Source: Acidobacteriota bacterium
Lineage (GTDB): Bacteria > Acidobacteriota > UBA6911 > RPQK01 > JAJDTT01
Direction of reading: 5' to 3'
Assembly (NCBI GenBank): GCA_965209055.1
Contig: OZ242374.1
Location: 4,864,001 to 4,928,000 of the forward strand
DNA length: 64,000 nt
In this document: piece after piece, positions 37,559 through 48,149 of the stretch
How the letters are laid out: every line of letters begins with the position of its first letter
How positions within the stretch are numbered: the stretch's first letter is position 1
Notes under the pieces: generated by a model
What the model was told of the DNA's origin: nothing
Database searches by the model: none
What the model saw: only the letters and a program-made list of their open reading frames with translations
Made by a program: the position numbers and the translations under genes

Positions 37559-37640
37559 GGCAGGCTGTGCCAGGAAAGGGATAAGTTCCCCCACCGGGCC
37601 GGGCCGGCGGACTCCCGGTAGAAGGAGGATGGGAGGGGGG

Positions 37641-37750
37641 GCGGCGGTTTCCTAACCGCCGATTCTCCCGTGGGAACGGCGGTTTCCTAACCGCCGATTC
37701 TTGGGCATCCCCGAACAAGGCGGAACCGGGCGATTGGAAATCGCCCTTCC
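37641..37750. repeat. REP-like palindrome cluster between convergent genes
   Basis: GGCGGTTTCCTAACCGCC twice and GGGCGATTGGAAATCGCCC. Confidence 0.7.
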
Positions 37751-37756
37751 TGTTTC

Positions 37757-39301
37757 TCACTTGAAGCGGAAGGAATAGAGGTCCGCGTCCTTCATCACGA
37801 AACGGAGCCGCACCGGGTGTCCGGCGATCCGGCGCAAGGGACGGTCCGACGTGCCCTTGGAATGGGTCCGCACCCACCTCACCTTCTCCTCGATCTCGTC
37901 GCCCCAGATCAGGGGAGACTCCTCCAGGGCGAAACCGGCCAGCGGGTTCCCCGCCAGGTCCTGAATCTCCAGTCGGATGCTTCCCACGGCCGAGGTGGCG
38001 TAGTTCAGATACAGGTTTTCTCCCTTGAACAGGATGGGCTTCGTCACCAGCTCGCCGCCGTCGTAGCCGGCGTGGACCGAGACGAACCCGTCGGTCCGGA
38101 GAACCATCCGTTCCAAGTGGCAACTGGGCATGTTGTAGTTTCGGACCACGTAGACGGAAATCTCATCGGAAGCGGTCGGATGGATTCCGACCGCCACCAG
38201 ATTGTTCCGGTGCGTCCAGTTGCGCGGATCCCGGCCGGGCCGGACGAAGGCTTCCATGAAGCGCCGGTCCCAGTGGAGTCCGTCCCGGCTGGTCAGAAAG
38301 ACCGCTTCGGAGGCGCCGGGAAAGGGGGTCGAGGCAAACCGTTTCCGCCAGGGCTGAAACCGCTTGGGAAACGCCATGTAGATGTGAGGCGCCCGGTAGT
38401 AGGGAGTCGTTCCATTGGTGTAGAGGTGTTCGGTGGCGGCCTCGCCGAAATCGACCCACTTCGGCATGCTCCAGTTGACGAAGTCGTCCGAAGTGGCGAA
38501 CTTGAAGCTGCGGTTCCCGTAGTTGAACGGCGGCCCCGCCGTGTGGTCGAAGGGGAGCGAGTGGGGGCTGATCCCACGGTCCGAATCGCGGAAGAAGATG
38601 CTGTAGCGTTTCCGGTAGGAGTCCCAGAAGGCCACGTTCAGGGCGTCGAAGGCGTTCCGGTGAAGCCCCTTCCGGATCAGGGACTTTTGGCCCTGCATTT
38701 CGGTCCACCGAAACCCGTCGGGAGAAACCAGGGCGACCAGCGGATAACTGCTTCCCCCCAACGCCTTGTAGCGCTGGGAGTCGGGAGCTGCCGGATTGCC
38801 GTCCTTGAAGACATGCATGCATTCGGTGACCGACTGGTCCGGATTGTCCATCCAGACGATGGAGTTGTCCTTGGATCCCTGGAACTCCCACAGCCCCAAC
38901 GAGGGACGCTCCCAGACAATGCCGTCGCGGCTTTCCGCATAGGAGATGGTGAAAGGGTGGTCCTCGACCTGCTTCTCACCCGGTTTCAGGAGACCCGTGT
39001 CCACGTACGCTTTGTTGTTGCTCCCGCGGAAGTACATGCGCAGCCGGTCGCCGTCCTTGATGATGTTGGTGTAGAAGCTGGTGTTCCCCTCCCAGGGAGC
39101 GTCGTAGGAGAGGACCTTTCCCGCAGAGCGGGGCCGGTGGAGCTTCAGTTCCACACCCGGCATCCGCTCGATCAGGAAGTCGTCCACGAAGAGTTCGAGC
39201 CGGGACCCGATGTCGATGGGCTTGGATTCTTTCGCTCCGCCCCCGGCGGCATTTCCCGTCCACAGACCCAGCCAGACCAGCAAACAGACCTTTTTGAACA
39301 T
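37757..39301 (-). CDS. Secreted beta-propeller glycoside-hydrolase-like protein
   Basis: Signal peptide MFKKVCLL...; RLELFVDDFLI, Asp-box-like ESRDG..W / SPDG..W / TSRDG..W, LRTDGFVS. Confidence 0.7.
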   Translation of the reverse strand: MFKKVCLLVWLGLWTGNAAGGGAKESKPIDIGSRLELFVDDFLIERMPGVELKLHRPRSAGKVLSYDAPWEGNTSFYTNIIKDGDRLRMYFRGSNNKAYVDTGLLKPGEKQVEDHPFTISYAESRDGIVWERPSLGLWEFQGSKDNSIVWMDNPDQSVTECMHVFKDGNPAAPDSQRYKALGGSSYPLVALVSPDGFRWTEMQGQKSLIRKGLHRNAFDALNVAFWDSYRKRYSIFFRDSDRGISPHSLPFDHTAGPPFNYGNRSFKFATSDDFVNWSMPKWVDFGEAATEHLYTNGTTPYYRAPHIYMAFPKRFQPWRKRFASTPFPGASEAVFLTSRDGLHWDRRFMEAFVRPGRDPRNWTHRNNLVAVGIHPTASDEISVYVVRNYNMPSCHLERMVLRTDGFVSVHAGYDGGELVTKPILFKGENLYLNYATSAVGSIRLEIQDLAGNPLAGFALEESPLIWGDEIEEKVRWVRTHSKGTSDRPLRRIAGHPVRLRFVMKDADLYSFRFK

Positions 39302-39405
39302 GCTTGAGACTCTACCAGTCCGGGGGATGAGTCGCCATGCGACAGGCGATATCGGGTTCGTCGGAAGGCTCCCCAACTGGTAGGATGGCCGCCGGGAGGA
39401 CGACC

Positions 39406-40752
39406 ATGAGCCAGCCGCGGGTTTCAGGCGCCCTGTTGCTCCAAGATCCCGCCTATGACTATCCGGTGGTGGAGAGAGGCGAGGGGATCTACGTCTACGA
39501 CGGCGCCGGCAAGCGCTACATCGACGGCACGGCGGGAGCCGGCAACGTCATTCTGGGACACGGCCGCCGCCGCATCGCCCGGATCATGGCGGACCAGGCC
39601 GGGAAGCTGGCATTCGTCTTCACCGCCCATTTCGCCAACCCCGTGGCGGCCGAACTGGCTGGACGGCTGGCGAAAAAGGCGCCGGGCCGCTTGAACCACG
39701 CCTACTTCGTCTCGGGCGGCTCGGAAGGAGTCGAGACCGCGCTGAAACTGGCCCGGCTCTACCACCTCCGGCGGGGCCAAGGCCAGAAACACCAGGTCAT
39801 CGCCCGTTGGACCAGTTATCACGGCGCCACCCTGGGAGCCCTGTCGACCACGGGTTCCGGAGTCCGCCAGGCCTACAGTCCCTGGCTTCCCGGCTTCGAC
39901 CACATCGACCCCTGCCTGCCTCGAGCCTGCGTCTTCGACGGATGCGGGGAAACCTGCACCCTCGCCTGCGTCCAGGAGTTGGAGCGGGCCATCGTCCGGG
40001 CCGGACCGGAGAACGTGGCCGCCTTCGTGGCCGATCCCATCGTCCTGGCCGCCGGGTCCGTGAGCCTTCCGCCAGCCGACTATTTCCCCCGGGTCCGGGA
40101 AATCTGCGACCGCCACGACGTGCTTTGGATCGCCGACGAAGTGGTGACCGGCTTCGGCCGGACGGGGCGATTCTTCGGCGTCCAGCACTGGGACGCGGTT
40201 CCGGACATCATGGCCTTCGGCAAAGGGGTCAGCAGCGGCTACCTGCCCATGGGCGGGGCGCTGTTCACCGACGAGATCCGGCAGGTGCTGGAAGACAAGA
40301 AAGATCCCCTCCCCCACGTCTTCACCTACGTGAACAATCCTCTCGCCGCCCGGGTCGGTCTCACCGTCCTGGACCTGATGGAAGAGGAGAACATCGTGGA
40401 GAGGTCGGCCTCCATGGGGGAATACCTGCTGGAACGAATCCGGACCTTGCGGAATCATCCCATCGTGGGCGACATACGGGGCCGGGGATTGCTGGTGGGT
40501 TTCGAGCTGGTGCGCAGCCGCAAGCCCTACACCTACTTTCCCGCCTCGCTGAAGGTCCACGAGCGATTGCACCGGCTGCTCATCCGGCAGGGACTCTCCG
40601 TCGCCGCGGCGGGTGGTCCCGGTGACGGGAGCCCGGGAGACGGCATTCGCATCTTCCCTCCCCTGGTCATCACGCGAGAGCAGATCGACGAGATTGTCGC
40701 GATGCTGGACGAGGGACTCCGGGTGATTCAGCGTCAGATCGAGAGGGAGTGA
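39406..40752 (+). CDS. Class III PLP-dependent aminotransferase
   Basis: SGGSEGVETALKLAR, SYHGAT, IADEVVTGFGRTG, FGKG..SGY.P, RGRGL. Confidence 0.92.
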   Translation: MSQPRVSGALLLQDPAYDYPVVERGEGIYVYDGAGKRYIDGTAGAGNVILGHGRRRIARIMADQAGKLAFVFTAHFANPVAAELAGRLAKKAPGRLNHAYFVSGGSEGVETALKLARLYHLRRGQGQKHQVIARWTSYHGATLGALSTTGSGVRQAYSPWLPGFDHIDPCLPRACVFDGCGETCTLACVQELERAIVRAGPENVAAFVADPIVLAAGSVSLPPADYFPRVREICDRHDVLWIADEVVTGFGRTGRFFGVQHWDAVPDIMAFGKGVSSGYLPMGGALFTDEIRQVLEDKKDPLPHVFTYVNNPLAARVGLTVLDLMEEENIVERSASMGEYLLERIRTLRNHPIVGDIRGRGLLVGFELVRSRKPYTYFPASLKVHERLHRLLIRQGLSVAAAGGPGDGSPGDGIRIFPPLVITREQIDEIVAMLDEGLRVIQRQIERE

Positions 40753-40755
40753 GAC

Positions 40756-41028
40756 ATGCGGGAACGGGATTTCTATCGGGAACGGCGTGAAACCAAGAAA
40801 GCCCGGTTCACCTGTCCCTACTGCCGGCAGTCGGACGACTACCAGGTCCGCTGGCTGGTGCGGGAGAAGAAGGGCCGCCTGCCCTATCGCGCCAACCCGG
40901 ATGACCGCCGCCGCTTCGCCAAGATCCGCTCCTACATGGTCCGCGAGGACGAGTACCTCTTCTGCCCCAAACCCAGGTGCCGCCGGCGCTTCGAGATCCC
41001 CAGCCAACAATCGGTCGTGTTGTTGTAG
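40756..41028 (+). CDS. Small zinc-finger hypothetical protein
   Basis: RBS GGAG; CPYC and CPKPRC motifs; 90 aa. Confidence 0.75.
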   Translation: MRERDFYRERRETKKARFTCPYCRQSDDYQVRWLVREKKGRLPYRANPDDRRRFAKIRSYMVREDEYLFCPKPRCRRRFEIPSQQSVVLL

Positions 41029-41231
41029 GAGCGGAGCGGAGCGGCGGTTTCCAACCGCCGACCGGGGGGTTAGGGGGGACGGCAGTCCCCCCTGTACGCT
41101 TTCCCCATCCAATTAGTTAAGCAAACACGGGGCGGTAGCAAAACTGCCCCTCCTGACGGGCTTGCGCCTCCAATTCGGAACGAATACGATCTGCACTGCT
41201 TTTCTTCCAGACGGATACGGAGACCTTCGAC

Positions 41232-42842
41232 ATGCAATTGCACTTCGCCGATCACGTGGTCCTGGTGGCCTATCTGGGAGCCATGATGTTTCTGGGTTGG
41301 CGCCTCTCCCGGGGCCAGAAGACCGGCGAGGAATACTTCCTGGGCGGACGGCGGCTTCCCTGGTTCGCCGTGGGCATCAGCATCATCGCTTCCCTGCTCT
41401 CCAGCATCAGCTTCCTGGCCTATCCCGGCGTAGTCTGGCGTTTCGGCTTCGGAAACCTGATGAGCACCTTCCTCGGGTTTCCCCTCCACGTGCTGTTCAT
41501 CCTGCTGCTGACCATCCCCTTCTTCGTCCGCTTCCGCTTCACCACCGCCTACGAATACCTGGAGCACCGTTACGGCCTGTCGGCGAGGCTCCTGGGCGCT
41601 TCCATGTTCCTGATGTTCGTATCGGTGCTGATGATGGTGATCGTCCTGGTCTCGTCCCGCGCCCTGGCCGTGGCCACCGGAATTCCCCTGATCGCCATCA
41701 TCCTCACCGTGGGCGTCGTGGCCACGGTCTACACCATGATGGGCGGGATCCGGGCCGTGGTCTGGACCGACGTGATCCAGGTGGCGCTGCTCCTGGGCGG
41801 CGGCTTCTTCACCATCGGCTACGTGGCCTGGGCCACCGGCACCAACCTCTTCGACTGGATGGAGGTGGTCAACGCCCGGGACAACGAGAGCTTCACCTTC
41901 TTCTCCCCCGATCCCACCCTGCCCGCGACGGTGGTCACCTTCACCCTGACCGACGCGCTCTGGATCGTCGTCGCCCACTGCGCCAACCAGATGACCATGC
42001 AGCGATACTTCAGCACGGTGAACGTCGAGGCCAGCAAACGGAGTTTCGTCACCGGGGCGGTCACCGGCGTGATCATCATCCTGGTCCTCACCATCGTGGG
42101 CGCCAGCCTGGTCTACTACTTCACCCAGGGACCCGAGCCCCTTCCCGGACACATCGACTTGGCCAGCGGCAAGGACCGCGACAGCATCTTCCCCTTCTTC
42201 GTGGCCTCCCGAGTCCCGGCCGGCCTGGCCGGCCTCATCTTCGCCGCATTGCTGGCGGCGGCCATGTCCACCATCGATTCGGGGGTGAACTCCTTCGCCA
42301 CGGTGGCCACCGTGGACTTCGGACGCCTTCGAAAGAAGAAGAAACCCATCGACGAGGTCCGCCAGGCCCGCATCATCACCCTGGTGGTTGGATTGGCGGT
42401 CACCTTGGGGGCCCTGTTCCTGGACAACCTCACCGGCTCGGACGACATTCTCACCATCCTGCCCAAGACCTTCAACGCCCTGGTCGGTCCCATGGGCGGG
42501 CTGTTCCTGGCCGGGATGTTTCTCCCCCGCGCCGGCCTCCGAACCGTCTGGCCCGCGGCCGTCATCGGCTTCATGACATCCCTGGTTGTCGCGTATTCCC
42601 AACCCCTGCTCCAGTCTCTCGACCCGTCGTCCCAGCAGGCTCTGGTGGCGGTGCTGGGAGACAGCTTCGGTCCGCGGCTCATCGAGAAGGGGATGGGATT
42701 CACCTGGATCATGCCCACCTCCTTCGTCGCCAGCTTCGGCACGGCCTGGATCCTGAGCCTGATCTTTCCCAACCGGAACCAGGACCGCCTGGCCGGACTG
42801 ACCTGGAAGACCCGGCACGAGAAGACTTGGCTGACTTCGTAG
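41232..42842 (+). CDS. Sodium:solute symporter (SSS family)
   Basis: EYFLGGR, TAYEYLE.RY, GGIRAVVWTDVIQ, QRYF, AAAMSTIDS; many TM helices. Confidence 0.93.
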   Translation: MQLHFADHVVLVAYLGAMMFLGWRLSRGQKTGEEYFLGGRRLPWFAVGISIIASLLSSISFLAYPGVVWRFGFGNLMSTFLGFPLHVLFILLLTIPFFVRFRFTTAYEYLEHRYGLSARLLGASMFLMFVSVLMMVIVLVSSRALAVATGIPLIAIILTVGVVATVYTMMGGIRAVVWTDVIQVALLLGGGFFTIGYVAWATGTNLFDWMEVVNARDNESFTFFSPDPTLPATVVTFTLTDALWIVVAHCANQMTMQRYFSTVNVEASKRSFVTGAVTGVIIILVLTIVGASLVYYFTQGPEPLPGHIDLASGKDRDSIFPFFVASRVPAGLAGLIFAALLAAAMSTIDSGVNSFATVATVDFGRLRKKKKPIDEVRQARIITLVVGLAVTLGALFLDNLTGSDDILTILPKTFNALVGPMGGLFLAGMFLPRAGLRTVWPAAVIGFMTSLVVAYSQPLLQSLDPSSQQALVAVLGDSFGPRLIEKGMGFTWIMPTSFVASFGTAWILSLIFPNRNQDRLAGLTWKTRHEKTWLTS

Positions 42843-42871
42843 AGACGGGTGAATTCTCAGCATTGAACTAG

Positions 42872-44060
42872 GGAAGGTCTGAACAAGTCGATTCAAGGGA
42901 CGTGAGAGCCGTTATTGTTTCGGCTTTGCGGTGTCCAAACCTTCATTATGAGGAGTACCACCCTGGCAAGGCTCTGGGTGCCCCCATTCTCAGACTGATT
43001 CCCCGAATCTCGACGCACCTCTCCCGCGCCCGGATCAGGCGTTCACGCCAGAGCGCTCGGCGATCATCAGATTGGCGAACCCCACCAGCAAATAGATCCG
43101 TTGGGTGTTTTTCGCCAGCCCCCGGTAGCGCACCTTCGCGTAGCCGAAATGCCGTTTCAGGTACCCGAATACATGTTCTGCCTTGGCCCGAACCGACGCT
43201 TTGCGCCGCTCGGCCAACGCCGCCTCACTCTCCGGTGGCAGCCGCCAACGCTTCCCCGGCTTCATCATCACCTGCCAATCCACCGGCCGATCTCGATTCT
43301 CCGACCGCTTTCCCACTCCCTGGTATCCCGAATCCCCCCAAACTTGAGACTCCGAGCCGTGCAGCAACTCACCGGCTCGCGTCACGTCATGCTCGTTAGC
43401 CGGCGCCGTCACCACCGTGTGCGCCACCCCCGTCTGGGCGTCCACCCCCAGGTGGGCCTTCATTCCGAAATACCACTGTTTTCCCTTCTTCGTCTGATGC
43501 ATCTCCGGGTCCCGCGCCCCCTCCCTGTTCTTGGTCGAGGAAGGCGCCGCCAGGATACTCGCGTCCACGATCGTCCCCCGGCTCAGCCGCAGGCCTTGCC
43601 GCTGCAGGTGAGAACCGATCTCCTCGAACAGCGCCTCCCCCAGACCATGCTCCTCCAGCCGATGACGGAATTTCAGAATCGTCGTCTCGTCCGGCAGCGG
43701 CCCCGTGAGCTTCAGGCCCACGAACCGCCGCACCGACTCCACCTCATAGAGCAGATCCTCCATCCCCGGATCGCTCAGGTTGTAAAACAGCTGCACGCAG
43801 TGGATCCGAAGCATCGTCGAGAGCGGGTAGGGACGCCGTCCCCGTCCCGCTTTCGGGTAAACGGGCCGAATCCGGGCTTCCAACTGCTCCCATGGAATCA
43901 ACCGGTCCATCCGGGCCAGAAATCTCTCCCGACGGGTCACCCGCTTCTTGCCGTCGTATTCCAGATCTGCGAACGTTCGTTGCGACATCATCTATCCTCC
44001 ATGCAGTGATGATGGAAGAATTATCGTGCAGAACGCTGACTCGACTTAATCAGACCTTCC
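42872..44060 (-). mobile_element. IS5-family element (1189 bp) with CTAG target duplication
   Basis: IRs GGAAGGTCTGAACAAGTC / GACTTAATCAGACCTTCC; CTAG at 42868-42871 and 44061-44064. Confidence 0.95.
43035..43991 (-). CDS. IS5 transposase
   Basis: TRRERFL..MD..IPW, MLRIH, PDETTI, IVDAS, KKGKQWYFGMKAH, GDSGY, KVRYRGLAKN. Confidence 0.95.
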   Translation of the reverse strand: MMSQRTFADLEYDGKKRVTRRERFLARMDRLIPWEQLEARIRPVYPKAGRGRRPYPLSTMLRIHCVQLFYNLSDPGMEDLLYEVESVRRFVGLKLTGPLPDETTILKFRHRLEEHGLGEALFEEIGSHLQRQGLRLSRGTIVDASILAAPSSTKNREGARDPEMHQTKKGKQWYFGMKAHLGVDAQTGVAHTVVTAPANEHDVTRAGELLHGSESQVWGDSGYQGVGKRSENRDRPVDWQVMMKPGKRWRLPPESEAALAERRKASVRAKAEHVFGYLKRHFGYAKVRYRGLAKNTQRIYLLVGFANLMIAERSGVNA

Positions 44061-44071
44061 CTAGGGCCGCC

Positions 44072-45010
44072 ATGGAATACAGACGTCTTGGAAAAACCGA
44101 TCTCCAGGTAAGCGCCATCGGCTTCGGCGGCGCCACCTTCGGCCGCGAAATCGACCAGCCCACCGCCTGGATGCTGCTGGACCGGGCCTTGGAACGGGGG
44201 ATCACCCTCATCGACACCGCCGAGTCCTACAGCAAGAGGGAGTCGGAGCGGATGATCGGCGAGTGGCTGCAGGCGCGAGGCACCCGGCAGCAGATCGTCC
44301 TGGCAACCAAGTGCGGTTTCACCGGACCGCTGGACGGGCCCAAGGTGACGCAGAAGATCGAGCAGAGCCTCCGGACGCTTCAGACCGACGTCATCGACCT
44401 GTTCCAACTCCACCACTGGCCCCTGGAGGGAGATCCGGTGGACGAGATCCTGGAGGCCTTCTCAAGAGCCGTGGAGCAGGGCAAGGTGCGCTACCTGGGT
44501 CTCAGCAACTCGGCCGCATGGCAGTTGTGCAAGGCGCTCTGGACCCAGGACAAGAACGGCTGGGCCCGATTCGACTCCATCCAGCCCCAGTACAACCTTT
44601 CGGACCGGTCCATGGAGGCGGAGATGGCTCCCCTCTGCCAGAACCAGGGATTGGGCATTCTCTCCTACAGTCCCCTGGGAGGCGGCTTTTTGGCCGGCAA
44701 GTATTCGCCCTCGGGACCGCTGCCGCCGGGAACCCGGTTTGATCTGGCCAGGGACTGGCAGGACGACTACTTCCACCCGCGCGCCTTTTCGCTGGTGGAA
44801 CGCATGAGGGCGGTGTCGCAGGAAACGGGGCGGACCATGGTGGATCTGGCCCTGGCCTGGGCGCTGTTCCAACCTCAAATCACGTCGGTCCTGATCGGAG
44901 GCAGGCGGCCCGGCCACATCGACCAGGCGTTCGACACTCTCGCCGCGGGCCTGAGCCCGGAGTTGCGGGACCGGTTGGACCGGGTCTCCGACCCCACCAC
45001 CTTCGGCTGA
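44072..45010 (+). CDS. Aldo/keto reductase
   Basis: MEYRRLGKTDL.VS.IGFG, IDTAESY, LATK, IDLFQLH, YSPLGGG.L.GKY. Confidence 0.93.
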   Translation: MEYRRLGKTDLQVSAIGFGGATFGREIDQPTAWMLLDRALERGITLIDTAESYSKRESERMIGEWLQARGTRQQIVLATKCGFTGPLDGPKVTQKIEQSLRTLQTDVIDLFQLHHWPLEGDPVDEILEAFSRAVEQGKVRYLGLSNSAAWQLCKALWTQDKNGWARFDSIQPQYNLSDRSMEAEMAPLCQNQGLGILSYSPLGGGFLAGKYSPSGPLPPGTRFDLARDWQDDYFHPRAFSLVERMRAVSQETGRTMVDLALAWALFQPQITSVLIGGRRPGHIDQAFDTLAAGLSPELRDRLDRVSDPTTFG

Positions 45011-45039
45011 CGTCCCCGGACCAGGAGCGTTCCCCTTTC

Positions 45040-46107
45040 GTGCGTGTCGCCTTCTACTACCATCAGGACCGGCCGCTTCCTCCCGATCACGAAGGGAGCA
45101 ATCCCTACGGCGCCCTGCTCACCGAGGCCCTGGAGCGCCAGGGCGCTCAGGTGGAGTACACCCGGGACTACAGCCCCGGATACCTGCGCAGGAACAGCGG
45201 CCGGATCCAGGTGCTTCATTTCCATTGGCCCCACCATGACTATTTCCACCCGGACGACCGGATCATGCAGGAACGGATGCGGGAGATGGCGGCGTCACTG
45301 GAGCTGGCCCGCGAGCTGGGCTACAAGATCGTCTGGACCGCCCACAACATCTATCCCCACAACCGGCTTCATCGATCCATCGACCATGAGTTCCGGCTCG
45401 AGATCTGCCGGTTGGCCGACGCCGTCATCGCCCACTGCCCGGTCAACGCCCACGGGGTGAAGGAGCGCTTCGGACGGACCCGCCGGGTCTTCATCATTCC
45501 CCACGGGCATTTCATCAACGTCTACCGGACGGCCTTCACACGCGAAGACGCCCGGAGAGAGTTGGAGATCCCGCAAGACGCCTTCGCCTACGGGTTCATC
45601 GGCGGCATCCTGCCCTACAAGGGGATCGAGGAGTTGGTCTCCGCGTACGAGCGGCTCTCGACAGAGGACTCCTGGCTGCTGCTGGCCGGCGGCGGCCCCG
45701 GCGACTTTACGGAGCGGATCCGCCGCCGCGTCGCGGGGCGTCCCCGGATCGTCTCCAAGATCGTCGACGGCGACATGCAGGCCACGAACCGGGACCTCCT
45801 CCTGTTTCTGGAAGCCAGCGACGTGGCGGTGCTCCCCTTCCGGGCCACCATGACCTCGGGGAGCGTCATTCTTGCCCTTTCCCGGGCCCGCCCCGTCATC
45901 GCTCCGGCGCTGGGCTGCCTCCCGACGGTCGTTTCGCCCGGAGCCGGACGGCTCTATGATCCGGGACGCAAAGAGCCGTTGCTGCGCGCCATGGAAGAAG
46001 TTCGAGCCTGGGACCACGAGGCCGCCTCGGAGGCCGCCCTGGAGTGCGTTCGGCGCTTCGACTGGGACCGGATCGCCGAACAGACCCTGGAGGCGTATCG
46101 AGCGTGA
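45040..46107 (+). CDS. GT-B glycosyltransferase (GT4-like)
   Basis: NPY, HFHW, WTAHN..PH, IPHG, YKGIEEL, SGSVILALS...PVI. Confidence 0.8.
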   Translation: MRVAFYYHQDRPLPPDHEGSNPYGALLTEALERQGAQVEYTRDYSPGYLRRNSGRIQVLHFHWPHHDYFHPDDRIMQERMREMAASLELARELGYKIVWTAHNIYPHNRLHRSIDHEFRLEICRLADAVIAHCPVNAHGVKERFGRTRRVFIIPHGHFINVYRTAFTREDARRELEIPQDAFAYGFIGGILPYKGIEELVSAYERLSTEDSWLLLAGGGPGDFTERIRRRVAGRPRIVSKIVDGDMQATNRDLLLFLEASDVAVLPFRATMTSGSVILALSRARPVIAPALGCLPTVVSPGAGRLYDPGRKEPLLRAMEEVRAWDHEAASEAALECVRRFDWDRIAEQTLEAYRA

Positions 46108-48149
46108 CCCTGTTGACGCCGAAATGGAGCCGGAACCTTCGGGCTCGGGCGGCTCACCCCAAACTGGCCGCGGCCCGGGAAGCCCTCGACGCTCAACTGG
46201 AGGGCTATCAGAGTTCCCTGCCTCCGGTGCCGGATCAACAGGCGGGCTACTACCACGACTTCTTTTGCGCAGAGCACGCCACCCAGCTTCTGTTCGACCC
46301 CGGCAGCCCCCGGCGCCACGTCTGCCCCGTGGACGGCGCCGTCTTCAGCGGCGAGCCCTACGACAGCGCCTGGCTCTGGTCGGTGAACGACAGGCTCAGC
46401 GACGCGGCCCTGAAGTTCGCCTTCCGGTCGCACCTGGAAACGGGGACGAGCCGGTCCGGTTCCGACGCCGCCGAGGCGGCCCGAATCCTGGAGACCTACG
46501 CCCGCCGTTACCTGCGCCTGAAACCGGCGCCGACGGTCTACGAAGAGGAGCCGGGGATCGCCACCTGGCAGAACCTGGACGAATCGGTCTGGATCGCCCG
46601 CCTCTGCTGGGCGTACGCCCTGCTTGCGGAGACGCTCTCCGACGAGACCCGGGAGTTGGTGACGCGGCAGCTCTTCCGGCCGGCGGCCACCCACATCCGG
46701 CGGGTCCGGTGCCGGGAGATCCACAACGTCAGCAATTGGAACAACGCCGCTCTGGCGACGCTGGCCCGAGTCCTGGAGGACGACCGGCTCCTGGAGGAGG
46801 CTCTGCGGGGGGATTTGGGGCTGGCGGCCCAGTTGGAGCAAGGGGTCACCGGAGAGGGACTCTGGTGGGAGGTCTCCCTGAGCTATCACTTCTACAGTCT
46901 GGACGCCATCGTCAGGACCCTGCGCATCCTCAAGGCCACGGGAGAATCCTTCGATGACGGAGGCGTGGTGCGGCGCATGTTCCTGGCCCCCATTCAGGTT
47001 TCGCTTCCCGACCTGAAGCTGCCGTCCGTCAACGACTGCTGGCACTTCATCGGCCTGGAAGAGAAAGTCGGCCATGGAATCCCAGACGCCGACGGCTTTT
47101 ACGAAACCGCGTATGCGTGGTTCCGCGACCCGGGCTTTGCCTGGATACTGGGGCGGAACTACCGCTCCCGTCCCCGCACCTGCTTCGAAGCCTTGCTGGA
47201 CGGAGTTCCAGCGATTCCCGACGGCGATCCTCCCGACCGGGACAGCCGCCTGTTCCCCGGGGCGGGCCTCGCCCTCCTTCGCGGAGGCGGGTCCCGGCAG
47301 AATCAGAACTACCTGCTTCTGAAAGCGGGCCGCCACGGGGGAGTCCACGGACACCGGGACCAGTTGCGGATCCAAATGTGCGGCTCCGGATCGCCGCTCA
47401 TACCCGATCTGGGGACGCCCGGGTACGGCATCGAGCTCAACCACACTTGGTACCAACAGACGGCCAGCCACGCCACGGTGCTGGTGGATGGCGAGTCGCA
47501 GCCTCCGACTCGAGGCCGGCTCGACCGGTTCTCGGAAGAGGACGGTTTCACACGGGCCGACGCTTCGGCCGCCTGGGAGGAAGGCGTCTACGCCGGCGTG
47601 CGGATGAGGCGCACCCTGCTCTGGCGGGACACCTATTTCGTCGACCTGTTTCAGGTCCTCTGTCCTGCAAAACGGGACCTCTACTGGGTCTGTCACGTCG
47701 ATGGCGAACTGGTGCGCGGCGCGTCGGACCTGCAACCCACCGCCCCGCTGTCCGGCGGGGGCGGTCTCCGGCACGTCCGGCTGGACGGGGAAACGCCGGA
47801 GTGCCCGGATTCCCGATTGCGCTGGCGGCATCCGGCCGGTTCGGTCGACTTGCACCTCGCCGGTCCCTTCGGGCGTCTGCTGGTGGGCGATGCTCCTTCC
47901 AACCCTGCCAGCCAACGGCTCTCAACCGTGATCCGGCACCACAGAGCAGATCGTACGGTCTTCGCCTCCGTCTTCGCTCTCGGCAGGATGGATCAGGAAC
48001 CGGCGATCAGGGAGGTGTCCGGCAGTTGGCGGGACGAGGACGCCTGGAGACTGACCTTGTCTACTCCGGCCGGCCCGGAAGAATGGCGGGCCGCCGCCCA
48101 TACCGGCCAAATCCAACTCATGAAAAAGGGGGATGGCACCCATGCATAA
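46104..48149 (+). CDS. Heparinase II/III-family oligo-polysaccharide lyase (PL17-like)
   Basis: GTGA overlap; YYHDFFC, Q.LDESVW, HN, WWE.S..YHFY, HGH.DQL, DLGTPGY, H.TVLVDG..Q. Confidence 0.8.
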   Translation: MTLLTPKWSRNLRARAAHPKLAAAREALDAQLEGYQSSLPPVPDQQAGYYHDFFCAEHATQLLFDPGSPRRHVCPVDGAVFSGEPYDSAWLWSVNDRLSDAALKFAFRSHLETGTSRSGSDAAEAARILETYARRYLRLKPAPTVYEEEPGIATWQNLDESVWIARLCWAYALLAETLSDETRELVTRQLFRPAATHIRRVRCREIHNVSNWNNAALATLARVLEDDRLLEEALRGDLGLAAQLEQGVTGEGLWWEVSLSYHFYSLDAIVRTLRILKATGESFDDGGVVRRMFLAPIQVSLPDLKLPSVNDCWHFIGLEEKVGHGIPDADGFYETAYAWFRDPGFAWILGRNYRSRPRTCFEALLDGVPAIPDGDPPDRDSRLFPGAGLALLRGGGSRQNQNYLLLKAGRHGGVHGHRDQLRIQMCGSGSPLIPDLGTPGYGIELNHTWYQQTASHATVLVDGESQPPTRGRLDRFSEEDGFTRADASAAWEEGVYAGVRMRRTLLWRDTYFVDLFQVLCPAKRDLYWVCHVDGELVRGASDLQPTAPLSGGGGLRHVRLDGETPECPDSRLRWRHPAGSVDLHLAGPFGRLLVGDAPSNPASQRLSTVIRHHRADRTVFASVFALGRMDQEPAIREVSGSWRDEDAWRLTLSTPAGPEEWRAAAHTGQIQLMKKGDGTHA